Shown in pieces: positions 9,120 through 19,566 of a stretch of DNA of 64,000 bases. Every line of letters starts with the position of its first letter. Positions within the stretch are counted from its first letter, which is position 1. The notes under the pieces are model-generated. The model was not told the origin of the DNA and did no database searches. It saw only the letters and a list, made by a program, of their open reading frames with translations. A program made the translations under genes and the position numbers. This stretch comes from Trypanosoma brucei (taxonomy: Eukaryota), in NCBI GenBank assembly GCA_000002445.1, contig CH464491.1, forward strand, positions 1,984,001 to 2,048,000. The letters are read 5' to 3'.

Positions 9120-11978
9120 CTAGACGGTGGGGCACGCAGATGTCACGCGGCGCACGCCTCGGGAAAGGAAGTGTAGGCTGGCCAAGTTTACCGTGGTGCG
9201 CGGAACCTTTTCTGCGACAGCCTTGTAACCAACCCTGGCCTCACTTACCGTTTTGTCCGCGTGGCAAGCAACGCAAAGTGTCTGTAGGTTGTCTAAATCA
9301 GAAGATCCCCCTCCTTGGGATACGGCTAGTATGTGATCTGCATTCCAGATGCTCCCCGGAGTAGGGTGCTCAACAATTCGGTTAAAAAGCACAGGGTGCT
9401 GTCGAAGTTGGGGGTGCAACCTGTCAAGTATATCTTCCCGTTCACTTCGACTAGTCGCAGCGACTGCTAAAGAATAAAGCAGTTCACAATCCACCTGACA
9501 AACCGAACAGATACCTTTGTCTACCTCCTGAACGCCCCTGCGGGCTGCAGAGCTGGACCGTTTGATAAAGAATACCCCGCGGCAGGCACCGCTACAAAAC
9601 ATCCGGGTATCATCGTCTATACGCACGACGCTGCCTGGTGAAATGAACTCCGAAGCTACCAGCGTACTGTCGCACTCCAAACACACCGGCAGAAAATGAG
9701 TTTCTAAAGGGACTAGCAATGCCCCGTAAGTGCGCTCGGGGAAATTGCGTTTCACTACCTTCCAGAAAAACACCCTGCCCAAGAGAATGTCGCTCTTGGC
9801 GTAACGGACAACTGTTTTCCGAGGTGCTCTCACCGGACGCCACGTAAAGTTAGATGGAAGCCAGGCGGCAGCCGTCCGCAGTCTCCGCCGTTCAACAGGA
9901 GATAACATATCGACATGGCTCAAGTAATCCCTCAGCTGCCTTGGAAACTCACCATCATGCCGCCAGTACTGCTGTGCCTCCTGAGTCGACAAACTCGTTA
10001 GATGCTTGCCTTCATGAACCACATGAATTCGACCTGTGTTGTGGCTGATACGGAAGAGAAGGGGTGCCGATAACCCTGATATGTCCAAAAAGGAGGGGGC
10101 TGGATGTCCCGCAGACGGAGTGGCTTCTTCCTCTAGTAACGCATTATGTACAGGCGCAGTGCCACTTAGGTAGCTTGCATCTAACGACAGCTTCACACCA
10201 TCGGTAATGCGCCTCACTGCTTGAAAAGATCGAGAAAGACGCGAAAACTGGGCCCCATCAAAGAAGGATCCCGTACTTATAATGTAATACAGAATGACAT
10301 GATTTTTCTGCCCAGGGCGGTGAAGCCGATCTTCCGCTTGCTGCATCCAACCGATGTCGGGCGGAAGTTCCGCAAACAACGCGCAGGAAGCACCTGTCAA
10401 CCGAACTCCAACCGCACAAGCAGTGATCCCGACAAGCGCTACAGAGACGTCCCCATCATTAAAACGTGAGAGCAGTTCCACTCTCGAGTTCATGGGAGTC
10501 CCTCCATCGATACGTATCCATGTAACCTTCTTATCGTTTACGTAAGTCGTCAGGCAATCCAAAAGATTAAGATGATGTGCAAAAAGCACAATTTTTCCAT
10601 GCTTGCAAAGCAAAAGGTCAACAATGTCTAGTATTTTTTCACGACTTTCAATCCAATTATCCGAATAAACCTTTTGGAAGAGGGACTTGTTCTTCTGACC
10701 CCTGATTGCATCAGTTGGAATACGCAAAATAACTCGTTGTTTCGTTGGCAAATCAACTAATGTTTCCGATTTAAGCCGACGAATCATGCAGGTTGCGTTT
10801 AGCAATGAATGCAATTCGGTACTTCGCGTACACTCAAATGTCCTAAAATATGGTGAGAACTCAATACGACAGTATCGCAAAGCAAATTCGAACCTTGAAG
10901 AGCCAAGCAAACCGGGACAGACCGTATCAACCTGGTTGAAAAGGTCAAAAGGGGTCGACAGCGAGGGAGTCCCGGTGAGAAGCAAACAATACTTTGTTCG
11001 CCTTCCGAGTTCACACAACAGGGTGGTGTAGTGTGCATCACAGGAAGCGTCAACTGAAGTATGGAGAATATGGCTTTCATCGACGACTAGGGAGCTCCAT
11101 TGACGACTCTTCATGTGGTTGGCCAACAAGGAAACCATATGAAAACTTGTGACAACAACCTTAGGTTCATCACTGCGGGAAAGGAAGTCACTCGAGGAAG
11201 TAATAACGCGAATATCGTCCATGTTCAGAACATCCATGAGCCATTTCTCCAACTCGTCCGCCCACATGTGCCGCAACGCGGCAGGGCAGACAATAAGTGC
11301 TGGAAAGGCGTTCAAGGCGGCCAAGGTTCCAATGGCTTGAAGGGTTTTACCAACACCCATTTCGTCAGCAAACATGGCCCGGCCACCGAATGACAACGCT
11401 TTACAAATCCCATCCACCTGATGCCGGTGTAACGCAGCCATAAGTTTTGGTGGCAGAAGATCCGGTAAATGGACAGCTTTGTTTTCTTTAACGGTTGATA
11501 TCGCTTCCCTGCAAACTCTTGAAGGCTCATTGACGTGGAGACGGTTTCCGCTCTCACCCGATAACATCCTAAGCTCATGCAGAAGGAGATCCAGTGAGTC
11601 AATGGAGTATCGAAAGCAGCCCTCTTGTATCATTGTCGACTCGCTCAAACTAAGTGGCAGCTCTTTCATAATTTGAAGGGAAGCTGAGGTAGTCATATTC
11701 ATGAAACCTAAGCGAACACATCTGTTGGTAAAATCGATTTCCACTTGCGCTATTTTGCAGTTATGTGTGGAAATCCGACCCGATATAACGGGGACAAATT
11801 CGATGAACCTTTCCCCCTCATTCAACTCTGCAACGTAATCACGAAGAACAGATTGCACGTTAAGAATTCCGTCAGGGCAACGGCACTCGAACACGCAACC
11901 AAAACGGGAAATCCTGAATAATCTCTGTGAACAGCAATCAAAGCAGTATTCCTGACCCCTTCGAAGTAGCTGCTCCAT
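9120..11978 (-). CDS. SNF2-family DNA translocase fused to a C-terminal HNH endonuclease (952 aa). This is a ZRANB3 / annealing-helicase-like architecture. There is a Cys-rich N-terminal extension and a Cys cluster between the helicase-C and HNH parts.
   Basis: ATG verified at 11978-11976. SNF2 N-lobe motifs: LHRHQVDG, DEMGVGKT (Walker A), and DESHIL (DExH). Helicase C motifs: LFAELPPDIGWMQQAEDRLHRPGQ. HNH motif near the C-terminus (about nt 9230-9350): WNADHILAVSQGGGSSDLDNLQTLCVACHADKT. Confidence 0.8.
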   Translation of the reverse strand: MEQLLRRGQEYCFDCCSQRLFRISRFGCVFECRCPDGILNVQSVLRDYVAELNEGERFIEFVPVISGRISTHNCKIAQVEIDFTNRCVRLGFMNMTTSASLQIMKELPLSLSESTMIQEGCFRYSIDSLDLLLHELRMLSGESGNRLHVNEPSRVCREAISTVKENKAVHLPDLLPPKLMAALHRHQVDGICKALSFGGRAMFADEMGVGKTLQAIGTLAALNAFPALIVCPAALRHMWADELEKWLMDVLNMDDIRVITSSSDFLSRSDEPKVVVTSFHMVSLLANHMKSRQWSSLVVDESHILHTSVDASCDAHYTTLLCELGRRTKYCLLLTGTPSLSTPFDLFNQVDTVCPGLLGSSRFEFALRYCRIEFSPYFRTFECTRSTELHSLLNATCMIRRLKSETLVDLPTKQRVILRIPTDAIRGQKNKSLFQKVYSDNWIESREKILDIVDLLLCKHGKIVLFAHHLNLLDCLTTYVNDKKVTWIRIDGGTPMNSRVELLSRFNDGDVSVALVGITACAVGVRLTGASCALFAELPPDIGWMQQAEDRLHRPGQKNHVILYYIISTGSFFDGAQFSRLSRSFQAVRRITDGVKLSLDASYLSGTAPVHNALLEEEATPSAGHPAPSFLDISGLSAPLLFRISHNTGRIHVVHEGKHLTSLSTQEAQQYWRHDGEFPRQLRDYLSHVDMLSPVERRRLRTAAAWLPSNFTWRPVRAPRKTVVRYAKSDILLGRVFFWKVVKRNFPERTYGALLVPLETHFLPVCLECDSTLVASEFISPGSVVRIDDDTRMFCSGACRGVFFIKRSSSAARRGVQEVDKGICSVCQVDCELLYSLAVAATSRSEREDILDRLHPQLRQHPVLFNRIVEHPTPGSIWNADHILAVSQGGGSSDLDNLQTLCVACHADKTVSEARVGYKAVAEKVPRTTVNLASLHFLSRGVRRVTSACPTV

Positions 11979-12688
11979 GGCCCCAAGGTCGTCAGTGCCA
12001 CCTGAAATATATAAAGAAGATTCACATAAAATCCACTACCCCTATGTGTATGCAACAGTCAAAACCGCCATAGAGGATGAGAATCAAAGAAAGGACCAAT
12101 GCATGCATATATTGTGGTGCGCGTCTAGTAACACACCACAGTGACAGCACCACTTCAAACTAAAAAAAAAAAGCTCGGCCTCTCAGTCTTTTCGTGCAGA
12201 GTCATGCAACTTTGCATGCGAAAGAACTGTGGGCAGCATATTTTCACCCTGCGGCAAACACTGCTCGTGGTCTCAGTGATATAAACGCCCTTAAATGTTT
12301 GGAAACATATTCATACGTAAAACATCGACGCGGCATATTTAAATTAATATGCCAGTTTCTTCAATAAACACATAGCAAAAGCGATTTGCTACCAACCAAC
12401 GAAAGATCAAGTACGGCTTCTGATACCTTTACAGCGCCGATGCTGGAAGGCACTTGGTGGTCTCCGATGGCGGCGAGGACCAGATCTATCCCCTGTCGCT
12501 GGAGAACACCAAAACCTTTTCGGTTCCACGATAACAACTAGAAACTTACTGTTCAACTCACTCAATGTTGTGAGCAGCGTGCCGTTTGGGGATCAAAGAT
12601 TATACAGGAAATCCGAAAGCACAAGTACGTTTCGGTTTCTCCAAACCCTTGTGCGCTTCGAGCTACCGGACAGCAGTGGGAGCCCCGT

Positions 12689-12716
12689 ACACACACAGAC
12701 ACACACACGCACGCAC
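12689..12716. repeat. Imperfect (CA)n tract in an intergenic/UTR region.
   Basis: Read directly: acacacacagacacacacacgcacgcaca. Confidence 0.85.
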
Positions 12717-13253
12717 AAATACAAATAATTTTCTTCGACACATTTGAGAATCAAACACAATCTGGATCCTTTGCCTCCTCTACCATGGGTCCGTATATAA
12801 TAAACCGCACCGGGACCTTATGCAGTGAAGTTAGGATGCGTCACTGGTTGTCTAGCTCTGAGCGGTTCTTGTTACTGATTTCCCCCTAAAATAAATTATG
12901 TTTCAGTGAAATAAAAAGATTAAGACACATATTTACATCAAATCACTATGTCACACTTAATCAAACCCCTTAATGCAGCAACTTTACTCCCAAAAGAGAA
13001 ATATCAGAGGGGGAATAGCACTACAACAGGACCAATAAGTGGGCAAAAGAGCATCGTTCCATTTGGTTGAAGAAAAAAAAACATTTTGAGCACAGAAAAA
13101 AATTACCAAAAAAGCCGTCGCTTTCTTGGTACGTTACGTTCTTATATAACAATGTAAACGCTATTACAGGGTGTTGTCTTCCCTATTCTCTCCCCTACAA
13201 CTAACCATTTTCGCTATGTTCCCCTATGGAAAAAAAGAAGGATACTCCGCCCT

Positions 13254-14165
13254 TTAATAACCCTGCTGAATACTTTCCGCTAGTGGGGGTTTGTGCTCCC
13301 CTCCATCCACCATCTCCTGTGGTGTCTTCCTACTCATAGCCTTCCTACTTGGTCTTGGTGGTTCTTTTATGTACATTGGCTTCGTTCGTACCTCACGATT
13401 GTTCTCTGCGTATCGGGCAAACTGCTCCCGTGCCTCCCGTTGATCTTCCAATTCCTCCCAAGTCAATTCCCACGAGTCTCTGTGCTCTATTGCAAGCAGT
13501 ACCATGTGTTTGGCAGCCTTTATCATGTCGTCCTGTTCCTTTTCAGTTAAGTCCCTCACCTTTTCAGCCGGATTTCCCGCCCACATTTCACCTGAGGGGA
13601 TGACCGCGCCTGACTGGAGAACCGAGGCTGCGCACAGCATGGAGCCAGACTCTATCTTTGCATCCCTCATCACAATGGCGTTAGCCCCGACGAAGGAGCA
13701 AGACGCTATATCAGCTGCATCAACAATCGCCATGGGTTCGATGGTCGTCCACTTGCCAATAGTTGTGCCTCCCGTCACGATCGCTTTCTCCTGTACGTTA
13801 CAGCTTTCCCCGAAATATATTGTTTCTCCCCTTTCTGCACGAACAATGGCATTATACCCAATATAATTCTTCCGCCCTACACGAACATCACCCGACAAAA
13901 ATGCACTAGGGGCAATGAAAACGTTATCCATCACGGTTGGACGCACTCCGTTTACTGCAAGGAGTCTTGGAACACAATTTAACGCTTCCCTTGGCTGCAC
14001 TCCCATTAACGCATCACTCAAGGAAATAATCTTCCTCGACACCACGGAAAGTTTTGTTGCCAGTCTGTCCAGCGCGAGAGCAAGTTTCGTTGGTTTTTTC
14101 ACCGCCCAGTCAGGAAGAACTGCCGGCATTTGCGCTTCAGCAAGCGCAAGCCTACACCGTTTCAT
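13254..14165 (-). CDS. Gamma-carbonic-anhydrase-like protein (303 aa) with a left-handed beta-helix made of hexapeptide repeats. Likely a mitochondrial complex I accessory subunit, as in plants and trypanosomatids.
   Basis: ATG at 14165-14163. Repeated [LIV]-G-x4 hexapeptide units: VFIAPSAFLSGDVRVGRKNYIGYNAIVRAERGETIYFGESCNVQEKAIV. C-terminal charged extension. Confidence 0.6.
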   Translation of the reverse strand: MKRCRLALAEAQMPAVLPDWAVKKPTKLALALDRLATKLSVVSRKIISLSDALMGVQPREALNCVPRLLAVNGVRPTVMDNVFIAPSAFLSGDVRVGRKNYIGYNAIVRAERGETIYFGESCNVQEKAIVTGGTTIGKWTTIEPMAIVDAADIASCSFVGANAIVMRDAKIESGSMLCAASVLQSGAVIPSGEMWAGNPAEKVRDLTEKEQDDMIKAAKHMVLLAIEHRDSWELTWEELEDQREAREQFARYAENNREVRTKPMYIKEPPRPSRKAMSRKTPQEMVDGGEHKPPLAESIQQGY

Positions 14166-14436
14166 TCCTTATGATTTCTTTACATGAGCACACACACGCA
14201 CAAAAAAAAAAATGGTATGGACAAGAGGAAATAGAGGGAAGTGTCTGCACGCTCCAAAACCAAGATGCACATCCGAGAATAACTGTCGCCAAAAGAGAAA
14301 CCCTTCAACCTTATGGCATCCATCCTGTGTCATTTAAAAAAACCCTGTTGAAGTTTGCGCGCTGAGAATGATCACTCCAAATCCAGAAGTTCACCACATA
14401 GTATTTCTCATACTCTACTCTTCCTTCATATGTGCT

Positions 14437-15612
14437 TTACACAAGTCGTGTCAGACGCGCAACCACGCTATCAACAAGTCCCAGGACTACGAACAAGCCA
14501 CCAATTATTCCACAGAGTTGCACCAAAAAGTGGTATATCGGTTCTCGTTTGAAATTATTGTTCACCTGCATTGGAAAAAAATCGAAGGAAAACTCGACAG
14601 AAGGAAAACCACCATAGCCAATAGCCACTTCACGGGAATTCCAGTTTGCGCTGTATTCATATGTCGGGGGGTGGAGGCCAGATGAAGCGCCACTTCCGTA
14701 GGTGGTAGGCACTATGTTCAAATAATACCTGACCTTCATGAATCTTCCACTGCCGTTAAATCGTTGTTTCTCCAGTGGATTTAAAACACCTCGGCGAGAA
14801 TGACGTCTTACGCTTTCGTCCCCAATAGAAAATTTATTTATCACATGACTTGCATCAAATTTCAAAAGGTCCTCCATCTTGATTGTGTTTTTGATGACCT
14901 TTGGAGTGAAAAATATAACGCCACTCACTTTTCTTACATTCAAGGCACCCCTGTAATTACAGCCGGGGTTTTCCAGAGATAGTTCACCGATGCATTGCTC
15001 GACCACATTTTTATTCGGCCTCGGCAGTCCTTTTCTATCGTGTTCGGCCATAACTTCTTCGCAAGTGTTGCAGCAATTCTTACCTCCAGCGATGGCTTTA
15101 TTACCAGTAAAACACCTTCCGCAAAAGTCGGGGGAGTTGGGGTCATTTCTCCTAGTATATAAAGGGCTCCTGGGGTCTGTGAAAAAGCGTCGGGTGCCCA
15201 AATAGGCAAGATTTCCCCCTACATCCACGGGAGTTTTTAACAGGTTTTCCGTAACATTAATACTAAAAGTTCCGCTAACATCACTCACATCGAGGAAAAG
15301 ATCGTGACACGGCTCTTGCATGAATGTAATGTCAATATTAAAAGTGATATTCTTCTCAGGGCTGGTATCCACTGATAGTTCCGTCTTGTAGGCATTCCAA
15401 CCTAAAGTGTAGGACATAACTTCCCACGATGCAAGAAGCCCAACCGCAAAAACTGTTATAATGCTAATAATAGCACCAGCTCGGGTCTGGGATCGGCAAT
15501 AATCCTCCTTTGGTTTCGTGAAAAGGTCTACAGCTGCAACTTTCCGAAGCAAAAAGGACGACGGAACTGGCTCGTCGTCGCTTTCGCTGCTGCGTTTCCG
15601 GAGGCCTATCAT
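14437..15612 (-). CDS. ERGIC3/Erv46-family ER-to-Golgi vesicle protein (391 aa). Two terminal transmembrane helices flank a cysteine-rich luminal domain.
   Basis: ATG verified at 15612-15610. N-terminal TM: AGAIISIITVFAVGLLASW. C-terminal TM: FLVQLCGIIGGLFVVLGLV. Luminal cysteine pattern: DFCGRCFTG...NCCNTCEEV. Overall length and topology match ERGIC-32/Erv41/Erv46. Confidence 0.55.
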   Translation of the reverse strand: MIGLRKRSSESDDEPVPSSFLLRKVAAVDLFTKPKEDYCRSQTRAGAIISIITVFAVGLLASWEVMSYTLGWNAYKTELSVDTSPEKNITFNIDITFMQEPCHDLFLDVSDVSGTFSINVTENLLKTPVDVGGNLAYLGTRRFFTDPRSPLYTRRNDPNSPDFCGRCFTGNKAIAGGKNCCNTCEEVMAEHDRKGLPRPNKNVVEQCIGELSLENPGCNYRGALNVRKVSGVIFFTPKVIKNTIKMEDLLKFDASHVINKFSIGDESVRRHSRRGVLNPLEKQRFNGSGRFMKVRYYLNIVPTTYGSGASSGLHPPTYEYSANWNSREVAIGYGGFPSVEFSFDFFPMQVNNNFKREPIYHFLVQLCGIIGGLFVVLGLVDSVVARLTRLV

Positions 15613-18600
15613 TGAAATAAGTTATACGGCTGTTTCTTCATACATTGAAAAGGAAGAAAGCACTCGGTGCTGCTGTCAGTAGAAGCAGAAAATGAACGCA
15701 GAGCCACAAGGGGCTACTTGCAGACACCTCATGGCATTGATGCTAAAGTGTCTCAACAGCGTGACCGCATCTGAATAAGACATTACTCCTGGTAGTTACA
15801 CATTCCATCCCAAATCAAAATACAAACACGTGGAGTGGAAGGGAAGGGGAGGAGCACAAGAACAAACTGCGATCATGCCCGTAGAGAGGTCTTGGAGGGC
15901 AGGATAACTCGCTGACGATCGAATCTGCGCCATCCGCCAGAATAAGGCAATTCAACAAACACATGTAAGATTCCGCAAAAAAGATTACAGCGCTAAATGT
16001 TTACGTGCAGCGGCCCCTACAATTCTCTTGGGTCATTGACAGCACCTAGACTTCTCTTGTCAGCCACTCAGGCACATTTGTCCCCACCTTGTTTCCTTCA
16101 GGTGAGATATTTTTTTCACTTGTCCCCCCTACTCTGGAGCAACATTTGTTGCGCGGGTGTAACTCCCAAACTTTAGAACTCCCCACTGAAATTCATTACA
16201 CTGCAGTAGACATTCACCAGGATCACGACCGACCACCACGACGAAGCACACAACAAGGTGCTAGCTGGTGCTTATGATGTCATCCCGCCTTTGAGCACTC
16301 GATGCACACTCTTACTTTGGCGACTACGGGCTGCTTTTGAATAGTATTCGCTGTCTTTTAAAATACTAGGTGCTTGGCGGACCAAAGAGCTTTTTTTCTT
16401 TGGTGAAAGGGGGGTCAGACTGAAGAGGGGCCCACCGTTCATCCTCCCCCTAACACCATGGAAAAAGTTAATCACCATACAAGGTTTAACACCCTCTTTC
16501 AACAAGCCTTCTCCGTGGTTCATGGCGCTTTATCCGCAGTAGAGCTGACCGCACCCACGCGCACGCCGTTGGGAGTTATTTCCCCCTCTTGCTGGTCCTC
16601 GAATAAAAAGCATACCACGAAATCGGATAAACCCTGCTTTCGCTGGAGAATCAGCGGGCATTCCAGCGTACTCGATGCTAACTCAGGTGGTTGGCGACCC
16701 GTTAAGGAGGAAAGGCAACAACATCAGCTTTGGGGTTTGATAAGAGCGCCCACGCGACCTTCAGCACGTGCAGATGCGCTTTCTGGGATACCTGCAGTGT
16801 GTTTCCGTTTTTGAGCTCACTGTCCGAACTAGACACGTGCCCAACTTCATATGGATCGCGCAGGAGACCTGGTGTTCTCTCAAAGCCAAAGAGGGTGGCA
16901 TCGGCAAAACACCCGTACAATTAAAAATCTAGCCTTGCCATCGTGTCCACAGCTCCCTTGTGTGCGGAGGAGAGCAAACTCACGAGGATATCTTAATATC
17001 CGAGCAAGCGGCTGCTCCAAAGTGTAAAGAATACCGATACTTCTGGGTAATCGTATAGCGTCCGGCAACGTCGACAGGCGCTGTTTCCATCTCAGATAAT
17101 GCCTGTTGAGCTCATGATCGGAGACTGGTTGCGTTTGAACCTTGGTCCCGTGCGTTTCCTGTGGCCGTTAACCGTCATCCGACCACCGCTGGCGTGCCGT
17201 CTTCATAGGGGAACTCTTCATAACAGGGAATGCGCACAAAAAAGGAAAAAAAGCACAAAGAAACACCGAGGACGGCGGGAAGGTGTAGGCAGAGCGATTG
17301 CCATATCCTGGCGGATTTGTCAGGACGTCAGGTATTTCATCTAGAGCCGCGGTGTTAACGTTCCAGGGAAATGGAAAAAGGACGGAGTAATTCGAGGGAA
17401 CGGGGGGAGCCCCACGTCGGTACAGAAGAAGGAGCGTGGCAATAGAAGGTGCATCCATGTCGCTTGCAGGTGTTGCCACAAAAGAGTCAGGAAAGGGGGA
17501 AGAGAATGACGGTGTTTAGCGATTCATCATCCCCTCTAATTGGCGTAAAAGCTGCCCCCTGAGGTAAATGGGAGTACCTTGCAACACGCACGGAGAAGCA
17601 CAGCATAATTAACCGGAGGATGAATGCCTTTAGACCTGCAAAGGACCAAAAGCGGAAAGAGGAAGAAAAGTAACTTGGAGAGGGCGCCGTTTTCGAAATA
17701 CGCCAAATCAACCTCGTGTTTTGTATTCGCAGTGCCACGCGGTACAACCCCTTAAGCCGTCTGAACCGAGATTCTGAATCAATCTCAAGTGAAAGGTAGG
17801 AGCATTTCTGCCCCCTCGTAGCGGTTGTGGGGAAGGGGAGTGCCATCCCGAAATGCAGGTGGCGTGCCGTCAAACCCTACGAAACACGGTGTAGTAGTTC
17901 CCAAGGTACCTGTTCATTCTCCCTTAGTGACTCTCGACACTAGTGCTTTTAAGGCGTCACCACCCGGCGATCCTCTTCTTTTGTGCTACGCTGTGCGGTC
18001 AGACCTAGTAAGAATCGCGAACCCCGCGATGAATAAGCGTCTACAGGAAAAGGAAAGGAAAAGAAAAACGGCAGGGACTGTGATAATCGCACCGTTAGAG
18101 TGCCAACAGCGCGTGAATCAACTATAGTTGCCATGCCTCTGAGAAGAAGTTTGAGTAACGGAAGCTGCTGTTGAGATTCATGGACTTGTCGCGGGTGATC
18201 GCACCCCTCATGTACAGTTCTGGGTTGAAAAGAGAGTGAGAGGAGGGCAAGGCGAAGCAGATAGGCTTGATTTTCCCCGCGGCTCGTTTATTATTCCTTT
18301 TTCCTTCGCATTGCACCGGTAAGAACCCCGAAGGTAGCATTACATTTTCCCTGCTGCAGGGGCATGTGCTGCCGGTTGAGTCGAGCGTTGCATCGGGCTG
18401 TCTCACCGAGCCAAATGGTGTGGGTGTGCCACCACCTCTTCTCCGAGGAGTGGAGTTCCTAAGCATCGCCCATCCGGCTGGCCCCAGAAATATTATTTCA
18501 GTCTTTTAGGTTACAGTGGTGAAGTGCCACCCGAGCTCATATTGGCCGAACCGTAGGCGGAAGGGGAATTGTGAACTTTCATGGCCCTCTCTTTTTTTTT

Positions 18601-19039
18601 TCCTTGGTGACCGCCGCCTTCCCTGAGCCCTCTCTGATTGGGGGGAGCGGAAGGGGATCCCGCCGGTTTCATCTCCGTCGTTGGAGAGTTACTTCCCCGG
18701 CCCCTTCGATCGATGTTTCCTCGTCCGTTTCTTTGGTTTATCGCACCTGTGTGGACGGGTTGTTGGTTTCTGGTACTTCGTCTTTTGATGTTCGAGCACG
18801 CCCTTTAACCTCTAGGTTGGACTCCTTCGACGCACGCATGTTCTTCCACAGTGCGGGCGCCGAGGTTTTTTTGTTTTGGCACCCCTTCTACCTGCGTGTA
18901 CAGCCAACGTGGATCAGCTGGTGGACACAGTTGGCCTCCGGGCGCGTCCTCTTTTAGCGGTATTCTCTGAAGGCGGGTGGTTAAGACTCATTTTTTATTT
19001 GTGCCGCTGTTACTTCAATGTGATCCTGACGCATCGTGC

Positions 19040-19300
19040 ATCTGCTTTGTTTGTGCTAGCTGATCGTTGCCACTGTTGGTTTGTTGCTGTCCCTATGTTG
19101 TTGTCTCTTACAGGGTGTGGTGGTAGTGTTTGCTTTACGTTCGTATGGTGAATGCCTTCTACGATGTTTTGATTTCCGGACGTTTTGGGTCTTTGGTTTT
19201 GTTAGTGTTTAGTGTTGACAAAGTTGTTAACGTTGGTGCTGCAGCCGACGTGGGACTGTGTGGGCCGTCGGTACTATTGGTGTGTGTAGCTCTCCCTCTT
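19040..19300 (+). promoter_or_regulatory. GT-rich tract on the plus strand about 300-500 bp upstream of the first plus-strand gene. Candidate GT-rich pol II initiation element of the type described for T. brucei TSSs.
   Basis: Read directly from the sequence: gtttgtgctagctgatcgttgccactgttggtttgttgctgtccctatgttgttgtctctta...gtgtggtggtagtgtttgctttacgttcgtatggtg...gttttgggtctttggttttgttagtgtttagtgttg. A weaker CA-rich mirror lies on the plus strand (GT-rich on the minus strand) near 15800-16260, on the side of the minus-strand unit. Confidence 0.4.
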
Positions 19301-19370
19301 GGCTTCGTTTCAACAGCCCTTTCACGTAGCAGGTAACGTGGTTGCTGTACCTTTGAGATGTATATATATA

Positions 19371-19385
19371 TATATTGGAAAGAAT
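19371..19385. repeat. (TA)7 microsatellite inside the strand-switch region.
   Basis: Read directly: tatatatatatatat. Confidence 0.85.
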
Positions 19386-19566
19386 TGTCCTACAAAAGGG
19401 ACAAGGGCAGCTGATTTACTTGAAGTAGAGAGGGTCGTTGGGAAGAGGGTTGTTTGGCTTCATTCTCCCAGATTAGCTAATTGGCGACAAAACGCAGTTT
19501 GCTACCATCTTTTTTGCTCTGCCTTTTCATGTTCTCCTACACTCTATAAAGCTGTTGCTAAACGCG

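Larger units (their letters stand above)
15613..19566. promoter_or_regulatory. Divergent strand-switch region between two head-to-head polycistronic units. Probable RNA pol II transcription start zone, the class of region marked by H2A.Z/H2B.V nucleosomes in T. brucei. No ORF with coding character.
   Basis: The first gene of the minus-strand unit starts at 15612 and the first gene of the plus-strand unit starts at 19567. All ORFs of 60 aa or more inside are short, composition-poor, and lack polyY-AG signals. Confidence 0.6.

Noticed and set aside
12334-12355. Short inverted repeat ggcatat-ttaaatta-atatgcc in the 11.98-13.25 kb intergenic region
   Set aside because: It has only a 7-bp stem with an AT-rich loop. 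Such hairpins are expected by chance in AT-rich UTR sequence. There are no flanking features suggesting a mobile element or regulatory site.
16458-16814. 118-aa plus-strand ORF and other small ORFs inside the strand-switch region
   Set aside because: No polyY-AG context. Translation is low-complexity (Ser/Arg/Pro-rich) without motifs. The region is better explained as a non-coding TSS zone.
17940-18130. Possible tRNA gene in the SSR (a ggttcgcgattc string resembling a T-loop on the minus strand near 18020)
   Set aside because: Flanking sequence does not form an acceptor stem/D-arm/anticodon arrangement. No GTGGCNNAGTGG-type A box was found. I could not support any tRNA call anywhere in the window by eye.
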